From the NCBI RefSeq assembly GCF_009914755.1, contig NC_060939.1: a DNA stretch of 64,000 nucleotides; one strand, 5' to 3'. Origin of the DNA: the human T2T-CHM13v2.0 reference genome, Homo sapiens. The notes beneath the pieces are model-generated. The model saw only the letters and a list, made by a program, of their open reading frames with translations. It had not been told where the DNA came from and did not search any database. The translations under genes were made by a program, and so were the position numbers. Positions 41,179 to 54,135 of this stretch are shown here, one piece after another (position 1 is the first letter of the stretch; every line of letters starts with the position of its first letter).

Positions 41179-41618
41179 TGTGTCAACTCCCTGACCTAAG
41201 CAATCACCCAAACCACAGGGGCAAGAAGCCTGGAAACAACGCTTCCCAGACTCTCTGGCTGGCAGGCTTCAGGTTAGATTCTACTCTCGCTTGTTTGGGG
41301 GATGCAGAAGAGAAGGAGAAGCCAGTGTTTGAGAGGCAGGACAGGCCAGCTCGCAGCAGCAGCAGCTGCTCCTGTGGGGTTCTGCATGGCGTTCGGGCAT
41401 CTCCTTGAGAATCTCCCACTTTGATGCTGCTGGAAGCGGACACCATTCATGGCCACTTCCCCGGGATCTCTGAACTTCCAGATTTCAAAGTGGCCTTTCT
41501 GCCCTTTCTTCCCGCTGCTCTTGTGAGGTCATGAATGCCTCTAGTTCCCTGTATTGAACCTCTCTTCCTTCTCTAAATACCTAGAGTGGCTTCTGTTTTT
41601 CTGACCAAACCCTAATAC
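41179..41618 (+). mobile_element. Old ERVL LTR (LTR33-like)
   Basis: ttcccagactctctggctggcagg...aaatacctagagtggcttctgtttttctgaccaaaccctaataca. Confidence 0.6.
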
Positions 41619-42161
41619 AATAACATGCACATACAGTAACAAGATCATTGATCACCCTCAGGTTCAGGGAAGACACAGTATCTTGAAGTAGGCATTTGAG
41701 TATGTGGGCTTCCAAAGGCTGAAGACAAAGCAAAGCAGATCTTGCCTAACTACCAAGGCTAAAACCACATTCCTGTGCACCCCGATTTCTGTCCTGTCAG
41801 AGAAAGCCCACAGGTCTTCATCTGACCGTGACAAACTTCAGTGAGGCTTTTTTGTTGTTGTTGTTTTGTTTTTACCAGGATGAAATCAGCATAGTGAGGT
41901 AATAATACTGCTGGCCTGTGGGTACTGGGGCTCATGCAACATGAGAAAAACAACCATTACCAAGGCATCAAGTTGGTAGGTCGAGTCCTTCCACATGTGA
42001 AGGTGCAGTAAGTAGGGCTGGGAGTAAATGAACAATAAAATGCATCCTTTATGGTGCAAAGGACAGGAACGCCCTGCATCAAGGAATGGGGAAACAGGGC
42101 AAGGAAGACAGCTCAGAGCCAATGAAAAGAAAACCTACTAAGCACACAGTGTTGTGCTGGT

Positions 42162-42460
42162 CCAGCGGTTCTCTCCATGTTTTTGGTCTTGAGGCCCCTT
42201 AAAAATTATTGATGGCCCCAGACTTCTGTTTATGGATCATTATCATTTTATAAATTGAAGCTGAGAATATTTTAAAAAGAAGAATACACAGCACACATCC
42301 CAACAGCTGTCAGAGCCAGTAGCCTTTGGAAACCATGAGGGTGAGAAAATGAGAGTAAAAAGACAAATAACATCTTGGTATTTTCATGAAAACAGTGTTG
42401 ACCTCAAAGCTACCCTGAAAGGGTCTTGCGGACTCCTGGACCACACTTTGAGAGCCACCG
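42162..42460. mobile_element. Charlie1-related hAT non-autonomous element
   Basis: Termini cagcggttctc / gagagccaccg; ggaccacactttgag; degenerate 8-bp TSD tgctggtc / tgctaggc. Confidence 0.7.
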
Positions 42461-45400
42461 TGCTAGGCTGTTGATTCTAGTCTAGCTCATTTCATTCTCT
42501 TAACACTGAAATGTGTGTGATTACTATACCCATTTGACAGGGGAAGAAACTAAAGATCAGAAAGGCCTAAGTAACTTGCCCTAAGTAATCTTGCAGACCA
42601 GGATTTAACCCTGCTCTCTCTGCCTCCAGAGCCTCCGTTGGAACAGAGGACTTGACCATGGGAGGGCCAGGCCCAGGAGGGATTAGCTGGAGAGTCCCCA
42701 GGCGGTCACAAGGGTCCCCGCAGTGGGAGGAAGGAACCGTCGCCTCGGGAGCTGACTGGCCATGAGAAACTGCAGTACCCAGGCTTACCCCCACTGCGAA
42801 ATGGGCCCGCATCCTTGACATTATGGTCTGGGAGAGGGAGGCAGCCTGGAATGGAGACCTGTCCGCCAGCGCGAGCTTTGCCATCTGCTGATGTTGAGCG
42901 CTTGGCCAGGCACCCCTAAGGGGTTGGGCTAGCGAGTGTCTTAGAGCAAAACACCATGGGGACTCCCCGCCAGCCCTGAGCTCTCAGTCCTGTATCCGGA
43001 CTAGAATCTCAGGGTTGTCTCGTCAGCTGAGGGTGGGAGATGGGGCTGCATAGCCTGAGAGGGAAAACAGCTCTATTCTCACTAGCCCACATGGGCAAAG
43101 ATCAGCCCAGAGAATCTGGGGCCTTTTCCAGGACCATAATAGGTGATTTCGCTCCAAAGCCTGCCAGTGGGATTATCAGTTTAAATCCACCGAGAGTAAG
43201 TTTTGTATTAGAATAGCATTCCATAGCTACTGCTGGCCTTCCACTGGGGAGCTCTGTTTCCAATCTCAAAGATGTCAAACAATTTTAAAGGCACAGAAGC
43301 TCAGTTTTACCCAGCCGGGCAGGCAATGGCAGAAGGCATGTGACTGCCAGCATTCCCACAGCAAATGCACAATGCAGCTTCACAACAGCCCCTACCCCAA
43401 CCCTGACCCCAGACTCTGGTCTCTATTCTGCTTCCAGCTCCAAGACGGGCTGGAGGAACAGCTGGTCCAGAAACCTGGGGTGCCCATAACTACCCACTCA
43501 GACCTTCTGTGGGGTGCATGACTGTCCACGTCCTCAGGGAGGCCTGCATTTGCTTATTTAGACACCTAGCTCCTGGGCACACTCTCTGGAATCATAGGCC
43601 ACTGCCAGGTCCCCCATGCCCATGGCCACGGCATTTCCTGCCAGCCTGGCATACTCCTCATGCCACCTCCCAGGCAGGGATGGCCACCCTCTATGAGCAA
43701 AAATAACACTAACAATAGCTCGCATTGTGAAGTTCTTCCCACTGCACACTTCTCATACCCTGTCTTGCTGGAGCTTAACAAAAACTTTACAGGGTTTGCA
43801 AGTGATAGCCCATTGTCCTTCTTCTTTATAGATGAGGAAGCTGAGGCTTGGTGCATGAAACGGGGTGTCTAAGGTCACTCCATGGGAGAGCTGGCACTAG
43901 GTCCCAGGTCTCCGTCTCAGCCCAGGGTTCCCTCTGCTGTCTGGCATTTTTGGGGTGAGGTGCAGAGCAGAAATGGTGCAGGGCACTGAGGCTAGAAGTG
44001 TAGTGAGCCCAGGGCCCCTCTCTTGCCTTTGTCTCATCACTGGTGGCCACCAGCCATGAGTCCTCGAGGGATCATTCTCTGAGCTTAGAAACACACAAAT
44101 CAGGAGTTTCAATCAGCTAAGCAATGTTTCATTTTAATTTTCTTTTCTAAATTTAAATTTAATTAAATATTAAATTTAAACTTAAATGGAGAGATTTAAA
44201 TTTAATACTCAAATCTCTCTCTCCCTATGCCTCCTGTTCCTGGTTTCTGGAGTAAAGAGCCTGCCTTTGGCCATCTCAGGAGCATTGGTGGGTGAAGCTC
44301 ATCTTTGGGATCCTTCTTGGGATGTGGCCGTGGCCTCTCAGCAGGTTATTTAGCAACACGACTGGATGAAAGAAACCCTCCAACTTTCCAGACATAATGT
44401 AATAGGCCCTGTGTCCTCCCTTCCTGGGCTTGGGTCATGATGAAAAAGAGGGCTAACCTCACTTTTGGGACCTAAGTGAGGTTAGCCCTTGTCTTGGTAA
44501 AGCCACTTCTGGGAAGCAGCAATTTGCCCAGACCAGTGGTAAATGTTGGGGTGGTCCTACCAGGCACAGGCCTGGATGACCTCCAGGGCTCCCCGCCCCC
44601 AATTCTGCAGTGGTAGGAGGCAAGCCTTAGCACTTAACAGGCTGTTGCTGGACAAATGGGGCCCAAAGCAGGGGGTGGAAAGGGTCAGGCAGCCAGAGGG
44701 AGCCACATGAGGCCTCAACAGTGGGATCCCAGCTTGATCCAGGTGCCATCACCTCTGGCTCTTTACCCAGAGGAGTGGTGTGCAGGGAAGGAATCTCATG
44801 CAGCCTGGCCGAAGACACTGGGCTCCACATTGAGTTGCTCTGTCAGGAAAGACCTGATACATGAGTGTCACGGAACAGTACAGAGGACCCTCCAACCAAA
44901 GTCATGATCTCGCCACTCAGGGTTGGCTGGCTGTCCCAGCAGTTACAGGATTCTGAAGTGGACTTGGGGTGGAGAAGCACTCACATGGGCGCTCAGAGAT
45001 TCTTGCCTCTAGTAAAGAGGAACCTCACACGTCTATGTCCGGAGAGATTCCGCTAAGAGGCTGCTGGAGCCGCTCTCTCGGGCTGGACAGAGAGCTGGTG
45101 GGTGACTCCAACCTTCCTTTGGGGGCCAGCTCCTCCCATTGCCCTGCTAGGAAAAGTCCTCGGGAATCTAAGGAAAGGCACTGTACCAAGCAAATGGCTC
45201 AGCTTTGTGCTATGAAGGCCAACCTTCCCCTTGACATCAACTCCTCTCTTTAGACCTGTGTACTCAGCCCTCAAGCTCCCGTGGCAGTGTGAGAACAGCA
45301 CGCTTTATCCTTCACTCTTGGCCGTTTGGGTGCTGGGGTTGGCAAAGGTGTAAACTGCTTCCTGCGTCACCATTTGTGAATCAGGGGCTGATGGCTCACA

Positions 45401-46702
45401 GGCCTAAGGTGATCAGAAGCAGGTGGGACAGCAGGTGAGTAAACAAACGGCTGCAAGAGAATGTGATCTGTCCTTCATGGAGGCGAGGACAAGGTGCTGG
45501 GAGAGTGGGGGTGGTCATGACTAATGCTGTGGGAGCAAAAGAGGCTGTGAGGGCATGATGCCACCATAGTCTGCCATGGGTACTGCCTGCTTAGAAGGCT
45601 GACAGACATCTGGGGAGGCCCGGAGAGGTAAATGGGAAGACAAGGGCTAAAAGGAGGAGTCAAAGGGCTGCCCCAACATGTTAATAACTCCTAATATGGC
45701 TCCCTGGGTGGCAGGCCTGACCCTTGCCCACTCCTGAGAGCAGATTCTCAGAACAGGCTTCTAATGAAGGTGTGAAATGAGTCAGGGTCATTGGGTGCAA
45801 GTAACAGAAACCAGTGGGCCCATGTAAGCTAAGAAGGAATCTATAGGGAAGATGTTGAGGTGTTCACAGAATTGGCAGAACTTTTTGGAGAAGCTGGGCT
45901 TGGAAAATAGATAGGAACCAAGAGAGGCTGGACAGCAGCCAGCAGGTCAAGCGCACGTCCCAGAAACACCTGCCATTGCCAGAGGTCACTTTTCAATTAT
46001 CCCTGCATCTTGGCATCTTTCCTCCAAGGGTCGAAGTTTCAAATGACAGAAACATGAATCCCAACCCCCGCATATGGCTGCCAGAGGGCAGGGAGCAGGC
46101 CTTTCTGGGTCCTGGTGTCTGGGGAAGGGAGGCCTGGACGCCTTAGGGACAGACATCTGGCTTTTCTCCATGCAGCCTTGCAGTGGCTAGAGAGCTGCTG
46201 ACTTTGGGGATTGGGCAGCAGTTGCCAGGAGGAGGCATCCATTCTCCGAGGGGTTTTACTCCTCCTAAGCTATGGAAAAGTTCAGTAACAGCCCAGGGTT
46301 GGAGGCATCCCAGGGTCCCAGGTTGGGAGAAGGGCAGAAGTTACTTTTCTAGTTTCTGCCTTTGCTAATAACTAATTCATTTCTTTCTATGGCTTTTTGA
46401 GAAAATATCTTGTTATCATCTGTATAGAGATCCTACTGTGTACAGCACAAGGTAGAGGTAGGGAAATCCTAAACAGAGCATAATGAGGACTCCTCTGTAA
46501 AGGAATTTTCATGACTGAAATGTATTAAATGCCTACTGTATGCCAGGTGCTGGGTTAAGTACACTTTTATGTGGCAGGGAGAAGAATATATTCTAAAACC
46601 TTGCTACACACTATATGTAATAACCTGAAACTGGAAGCTACCCAAATGTGCACCAACACTAGAATAAATTATAATAAATTAATATATTGGAATACTGTGG
46701 TA

Positions 46703-47155
46703 CAGCAGCATTCTTGGAGCCTGGTCTGCCCCTGTGGGTCCCTGTGATCCTTTCAAGGAAGCTGCAAAATCAAACCTATTTTCATAATAATTCTAAGATA
46801 TTATTTGCCTTTTCCACATTGATGTACAAAAGCAATGGTAGGTAAAACTGCAGGTGACTTAACACAGATCAAACAATAGCACTAAACAGAACTAGTAGTC
46901 ATTGAATTATTCACTCCCATACATCCTCACTACAGATTTTCCAATTTCACTGAAGATTGCATCTTGACGAAGCAGTAAAAGTTATTAATTCCAGTCAGTC
47001 TCAACCCTTGAATGCATGTCTTTTTAATATTCTGTGTGACAAAATAGGGAGTTTGCATAAAGCACTTCTGCTAAATACTGAAGTACAAGGGACGTCTTGA
47101 AGAAAAGCATTTGTGTGATTGTGTGAGTTGCAAATGGAACTAGCCGCTTCCTTGT
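46703..47155 (+). mobile_element. Charlie1-like hAT fragment
   Basis: ctattttcataataattctaagatattatttgcc...cttgacgaagcagtaaaagttattaatt. Confidence 0.7.
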
Positions 47156-47485
47156 ATGTGATTCTTGGTGTGCAAGTGCAGCGACTCTTTGTTTGGGATG
47201 CAATTTCTAGGTCATAGAGTATGTGGATGTTCAACTTCATGAGAAAATATCAAACTGTTCTCCAAAGGAATTATTAGACCTTTACAGTTTTTTGGCCAAA
47301 TGAAATGGTCTTTCATTTTGGTCTGGATTTTTGTTTTCCTAATCATTAATGTGGATGAATGTTCACTGGCCACACAGATTGCCTGCCACTGCTAATTTTG
47401 AATCAGCCTAGTCAGCTAATGTCACAGAATACAGCAACATGAGCACAGGTGGTACTAGTCAGGGATGGGAGAGGTGGTTTAGTGC

Positions 47486-48500
47486 GACCGTATTTAATGT
47501 GTTATAAGATGCCATCAGTTATAAGATGCACCATCAGCTTAACACAGATTTACTGAAAAAAAGTCATATCGAATTAAACACTTTTTTAAAAACAACTAAT
47601 ATTGTACTGTATCAGTCCATTTCACACTGCTATAAAGAACTGCCTGAGACTGGGTAGCTTATAAAGGAAAGAGGTTTAATTGACTCACAGTTCCGCAGGA
47701 AACTTACAATTATGCAGAAGGTGAAGGGGAAGCAAGGCATGTCAGGCATGTCATACATGGCAGCAGGAAAGAGACAGTACGCAGGGGAAACTGCCACTTT
47801 AAAAACCATCAGATCTCTGAGAACTCCGTCACTATCATGAGAACAGCGTGGGGGAAACTGCCTCCATCATCTGATCACCTCCCACCACGTCCCTCCCCCG
47901 AAACGTGGGGATTACAATTCAAGATGAGATTTGGGTGAGGACACAGAGCCAAACCATATCATGCACATTTATCTGTATAATCATATAGCATTTTCTTTTT
48001 TAATATCACCATCGACTCTAAATTTTTTTCACATTTACAGTCTGAAGACTCTTCCCAGTTGAGGCAAGTACTGTCATAGAAATGTAGACTTATGGAACCT
48101 GTACCCGTGAACTTGACATCCTGAGTATACTTAGTAGAGACAGTTAATATGCCAGGTTTTGCATGCATTTCCTATTTGGTTAAACTCATGGTTTCATTTT
48201 CTCTGCAACTGAATTACATATCACTGGAAATTTGGAAGTCACCCAGATACTTTTGACAGATGGATGTGCAGTATCTAGTGATAATCTTTCACAGGGCACA
48301 AATTAACCACAGCAGCCTCTCCCAGCTCTCAATTCTGCAATCTCCTTGGAAAGATTTAGCTAAGTTTGCATAACTCAGTGATGAAAACCATGTCACAACT
48401 CATTCCTCTATTTGCTGCTAGTAAATTTGGGTTGCCATCAATTAAAAGACACAACCCAATTTCAGAAACGTTCAGAAGTGAAAGAGTGTGCATCTTATTT
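47486..48500. mobile_element. Old Tigger-type DNA transposon interrupted by an MST LTR
   Basis: Left end ccgtattt...tataagatgcc...tataagatgcacc; right end gtgtgcatcttat. Confidence 0.5.
47608..47961 (-). mobile_element. MSTA-like MaLR solo LTR
   Basis: tgtatcagtccatttcacactgctataaag...gccaaaccatatca; 5-bp TSD tgtac/tgcac. Confidence 0.9.
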
Positions 48501-48532
48501 TTCCTCTAATTATCTAGTAATTAAATTTTAAA

Positions 48533-48603
48533 TGTGTATATATATGTGTGTATATATATGTGTGTGCATATATATAGGTGAGTGTGTGCACGTGTGTGTG
48601 TGT
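48533..48603 (+). repeat. Compound (TA)/(TG) microsatellite
   Basis: tgtgtatatatatgtgtgtatatatatgtgtg... Confidence 0.85.
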
Positions 48604-49307
48604 AAGTGTAGCCAACATTTATTAAGCATCTACCAGGTGATAACTTCCACGACTCCATGTCAGGGACTCTCCATTTATTATCGTTAATCTTTACAGTAAT
48701 TTTGTGAGGTAGGTAACATCCTCATTTTAAAGGAAACTGAGGTTCAAAGGGTCAAGATAACTTGACCAAGACTCATAAGCTGCAGAATCAGAATTCAAAT
48801 CTAGGTCTATCTAACTTCAAGGCCAATAAGCTTTCTACCACGTTATGAATCTCTTTTTTAGGTACTAAATTCCATGGGCCACTACTAGGTAAGACCTCGA
48901 ATGAATTATTGCCAACTCTGCCTGTTATGTTTCTAAGGTTGGATGCCTCCCTTTAGGAAGAGGTTACTGGCAGGGACAATGGAGAGATTTACAAAAGAGT
49001 TGAGCAATGTTAAAAATAACAACAAGGTATTTGCTCCTAATCCTGTTAAGCTCCTTTGAGCTCTGCGCAAGCCGAGAAGGGGAGGGCATGTTAATTTGCT
49101 TGCGTACAGGTGCATCTAAGGTTGCTGTTGCAATCTCCACATCTTCCAACCTTAGCCAGGGCTTGGTGTCACTTTTTCTAGTGTTCATGGGTGCAAAACC
49201 CTGATTTGTTTTATTATGATGAACAATCATAAAACTGATGTGCTAATGTCAATAAGGAGGCTCAGTTTCAGCCCTGGAAATGTACTTCTTTTGATTAAGA
49301 GTGCCCT

Positions 49308-49697
<390 letters not shown>

Positions 49698-50319
49698 CTA
49701 CAGACCTGAAGAGACCTGGGGGGCGGGGGGAGGGTTCTCTAACATCAGATACAACAACCCCTAAGCTATCTTGCACAAGTAAAAACTTGTGGGTACTCAG
49801 ACTTTGCTGAAGGAGAGTGTTCCTTCATCATCCTCAAATGCATGGCTTAGTTTGGCCAGTCACAAACTTTTCATCACCAAAAACCCCATTCTATAACTTT
49901 TCCTGCTGGGCCTCTTCCTATGAAGTACTTTTATCCACCAACTTGCATGTTGGCTTTAAAAAATTCTCTATGAATTAGATATAATCAGCAGAAAAGAAAT
50001 TCCAGCCAAAAGTAAAAGAACATGAGATTTTACTCAGCCTGCCAAGGGAATCTTATCTCAGGTAAAACATGATTTTCCTTAGGCTTTTTCTTGAAATGTG
50101 AAAAATAACTCCACAGTTCCACTCACTACCTTTTCAGATAAATCCTCAGGGGCCCACTGACCTGGATTTGAAACCACTGGTCTGATTTTCTGAACGCAGT
50201 TCACTTAACTTTGTGGTTGACCTCAGGACCAATCGTCACTCACTTTCCACTCCTGCCTTTGGATCAAGCCCATCTACACAGAAAACAAGGTACTATATTT
50301 CTTCAGTCCAGAGATACCC

Positions 50320-51110
50320 TATCAAACTTTTTCACCGAACTTTCCCCTCCCATCAGTAATTTGTGAGAGGTGTGGTTGCTCTCCATCTTCACCAGGACTT
50401 GATATTGTCATTATTTTTTTTAGCCATTCGAATAGGTGTGCAGTGGTTTTATTTTGCATTTTCCTAATAACTAATGATGCTAAGGATATTTTCTATGCTT
50501 AGTTGCCATCTATATATGTTCTTTGGTGAGCTGCCTGTACAAATCTGTTGCCCATTTTTTTGGTTAGGTTGTTTGTTATTGAGTTTTGAGGGTTCTTTAT
50601 ATATTCTGAATTTAAGTTATTTGTCAAATATATCCTTTGCAAATACGTTACCCTAGCCTGTGGCTTGTCTTTTCATTTCCTTAGCAGCGTCATTTACAGA
50701 GCAGGTGGCTTTAATTCTGATGAACACTGATTCATCAATTTTTCTTTTATGGACTGTGCTTCTGATATTGTTGTATCTAAGAAATTTTTGCCTAACTCAA
50801 CATCACAAAGATTTTCTCTCTTAAGCTTTCTTCCAGTAGTTTTACTGTTTTAGGTTTGACATTTAGGTCTATGATGCATTTTGAGTTAATTTTTGTACAA
50901 GGTACAAAGTTAGGTACCTAGGGTATGGGCCAAGGGTCAAGATTTTTTGTTGTTACTTTTGCATATGGATATCCAATTATCCCAGCACAATTTGTTGAAA
51001 AGTCTATCCTTTCTTCATTGATTTACCATTGCATCTTTGTCAATTGACCACACCTGTGTGGGTCTATGGCTGGACTTTCTTCTCATTCCATTCACCAATA
51101 CCCCTCTGTC
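50320..51110 (-). mobile_element. Old mammalian L1 (L1M) ORF2 fragment
   Basis: ttagccattcgaataggtgtg...tttgagttaatttttgta...gatatccaattatcccagcacaatttgttgaaaag. Confidence 0.8.
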
Positions 51111-51117
51111 TTGATTC

Positions 51118-51390
51118 ATATAGGAGACGCCTATAGATGCCACCCCAAAATATGCCACTTTGGCAGGAGGATTGTTGTGAGCTGAAGGCAACTGAGAAAG
51201 AGCAGATACAAGAAAAGCTCTCTGCCCTCCCCTAAAATGTGCCTAAAAACCTAAAAGCAGGACGTAAGGCGTCTCTCCTCCCCTCTCTACCAAGAAAGAT
51301 AAAGGTTGATTACTGAAGATAACTTTAAATCCTTATCAGTCTGAAGATGGCACCAGGGGAATCTACATAACAAACTCCTATTTATTTGCC
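51118..51390 (+). mobile_element. MER34-like ERV1 LTR fragment
   Basis: gccaccccaaaatatgccactttggc...gagctgaaggcaactgagaa. Confidence 0.7.
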
Positions 51391-52843
51391 TTAAGAGATA
51401 AATATTATTAACCTCATTTTTCAAGTGAAGAAACTAAGACTCAAAGAATTTAAGAAATTTGTCTAAAATAACAGAGCTTATCCTTTCCAGTGAATTTAAA
51501 TCCATTATTTCTTGTCTCCAAAGTCCATGTTCTTCCCACTGCCCTAGACTGCCTGTGGTCCAAATCATTTTTAGTAGATATCAGTCTTGCCTACGGATGA
51601 GAGACTTCTGGGGAAGCTGCTAAAAATTAAGGCTACTAGAGTTCCCCCAAGACCAACTAAATCTGAATCTCTGGGACTGGTACCTAGGCCTGGGTATTTT
51701 TCAAAAGCTCCCCACTTGATGCTGAGCAATGGTCAGGGTTGAGAACACTGGACTTACCGCTTTCCAAAAGAAGGGTCCTCCTGCCCTCACAGCGCAGTGA
51801 TCCGAGATGCCTGTTCCTTGGATTTGGAAGCAATGAGCAATGAATGCTTTGCAGGAGTCAACTGCTCCATCTGCTTTAGGCCTGGGAGGCTCAGGGCTAT
51901 AAAAGGCAAAGCTTTCTCCTTCATTTATTAAATGCTAGTAAATCCAAGGAGTGTGTCATGGTATTTTAGCATCAACTTATCACACATGTTTGTGCTGGCT
52001 TATGGTTGCAATCCTGATGAAAAACAGGTGTAATTCCTCAAAGCTGCTGTTAAGGACTTAATGGGTTACAAAAGGATGCTAATAAAAACGTTGGATGAGA
52101 GGAATGTTGCCATTTCAGAGGATATGGTGGAACTCTCATTTCTCAGAGGGATTTGGCCTTCGGGGGCATATTTCAAAGCATAAAGCAAAGTTCCTTGCAT
52201 CACCGTGGGAGGCAATAGCATCCTGGAGATGTGCTGTCTGGAGTAGTCTAGTGACTGAGACACAGAACCTGCTCGCTAAACTGACAGATTTAGGTCCCAG
52301 CCTCAGTTACTGGCAGGACAAAATGATCGCATTTTTAGGCTAGATCTTACTAAAGCTTCAGGATGCCTTTTTTAGAAGTTGTCCCACCCCAGATGTGACA
52401 TCTAATCTGGGTAATATTTCCTTGCATGAAATGTCCCTATAACATGAACCATATTGTTGTTGTAATTATTTTAAGCTTAGTGTTTCCCTTTATAAAGTTA
52501 AAATCCACATCTTGAAAATTTAGAAGCTGCAGAACAGTAGTCCAACATAAAGCTAATGCAAGTTTCGCATGACTAGACCACGTTAGAACTTGATATACAT
52601 CACCGTATTTAATCCTTGCAAGAACTCTCATGGGGAGAAGCCTTATTTCTGTTTTCAGATGAAGACACTGAGGCTTAATGACATACAACGGTTTGCTCAG
52701 AGCTCCCAGGGAAGCAGGTGGCCTGACCCCAAAGCTCATTCTCATCCCATTACACCTCCCAGCCTTAGTACATTTTGGAATATTTCCTTATATCCTTTCT
52801 TTTGTTAAGCATTTTTATTTTTGATGTGATGTTTGGATTCCAG

Positions 52844-52975
52844 TTTTTTCTTTTTGAGATGAGGGGGGGTCTCTCTATGTTGCCCAGGCTAGTCTTGAAC
52901 TCCTGGGCTACTGGAATCCTCCTGCCTCAGCCTCCCGAGTAGCTGGGATTACCGGCATAAACCACTGCGCCCAGC
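52844..52975 (-). mobile_element. FLAM (free left Alu monomer)
   Basis: Monomer with TSD tggattcca at 52834 and 52979. Confidence 0.85.
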
Positions 52976-53044
52976 TTCTGGATTCCATATTTTTGAGCAC
53001 ATGAAAAATCCAGTTTTGCTTCCAGCTTTTTTTTCTAAGTAACT

Positions 53045-53459
53045 TGTGAAAGTTGTCAGAATCAAAGTGGAGTCACTTGTGTTAAAAATCCTGACAAATA
53101 CAACCAGGAAGGCCATGAAGAAGGGTTCTTATGCACAAATGCCTGATAACAAGATCACAAAAGACTGCAAAAATCACAACCTCGCCCAAAGACCATCACA
53201 ACCTTACACATAAACACTTCTGTGAGGACAACTGCCCAGCAACTGCCTGTCCAACCTCAGAATGACACCACCTTTGTTATTGATCTTTGCAGGCAAGGAT
53301 AATTATCTCAAAACAATTATGTCATCCTCCTCATTTTTCCTTTAAAAACCTTTGTCTTCCTTTACCTCTGTGAATGTCGCACAGTTTACTATGGCAAGAG
53401 TATTCCATTGCAATACCTGTTCCTGAATTTCCTCTCAGAGTCTGTTATTTAGGCTGACA
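53045..53459 (+). mobile_element. MER65-like ERV1 solo LTR
   Basis: TG...CA termini (tgtgaaagttgtcagaatcaaa...ttaggctgaca); perfect 4-bp TSD aact. Confidence 0.85.
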
Positions 53460-53730
53460 AACTTGTTAATAGAAGTCGTTTTCCAGTTAGTTTTTAGCCT
53501 TTGAGCATTCATTTGCCAGACGACACATGCTCTGAACACTAGGCTTTCAGGGGAGTTCCTTCCAGGTAAAGAGTTTGTCTTGGCAAACTTGACTGTTGAT
53601 GAAACTTGGTTCAAAGAGCAAATCACTCTCATGAAAGGGAGTCTGGTACTGGGGGAGCAGAAGTTGGGATGGCAGAGTCAAGGGAGGTCAAGATCTCTCC
53701 TTTCCCACCACACAGACAGATACAAGCCAA

Positions 53731-53796
53731 TATTTTATATATATATTTACACACACACACACACACACACACAATGTATTTACGTATGTATATACA

Positions 53797-53850
<54 letters not shown>

Positions 53851-54135
53851 TTTTTGAGACAGTCTCACTCTGTTGCCCAGGCTGGAGTACAGTGGCACAA
53901 TCTCGACTCATTGCAACCTTCACCTCCTGGGTTCAAGCGATTCTCCTGCCTCATCCTTCCTAGTAGCTAGGATTACAGGCCTGAGCCACCATGCCCAGTT
54001 AATTTTTGTATTGTTAGTACAGACGGGGTTTCATCATGTTGACCAGGCTGGTCTTGAACTCCTGACCTCAGGTGATCTGCCCACCTCGGCCTCCCAAAGT
54101 GCTGGGATTATAGGTGTGAGCCACCATGCCCAGCC
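53731..54135 (-). mobile_element. AluSx-type whose tail has become a compound microsatellite
   Basis: Alu body 53856-54135; TSD acaagccaa at 53722 and 54136 encloses the (TA)(CA)(TG)(TA)T tract. Confidence 0.93.

Noticed and set aside
51894-51925. Perfect TATA box GGGCTATAAAAGG
   Set aside because: No CpG island, well-spaced initiator or downstream exon structure is visible; cannot be supported without CAGE data
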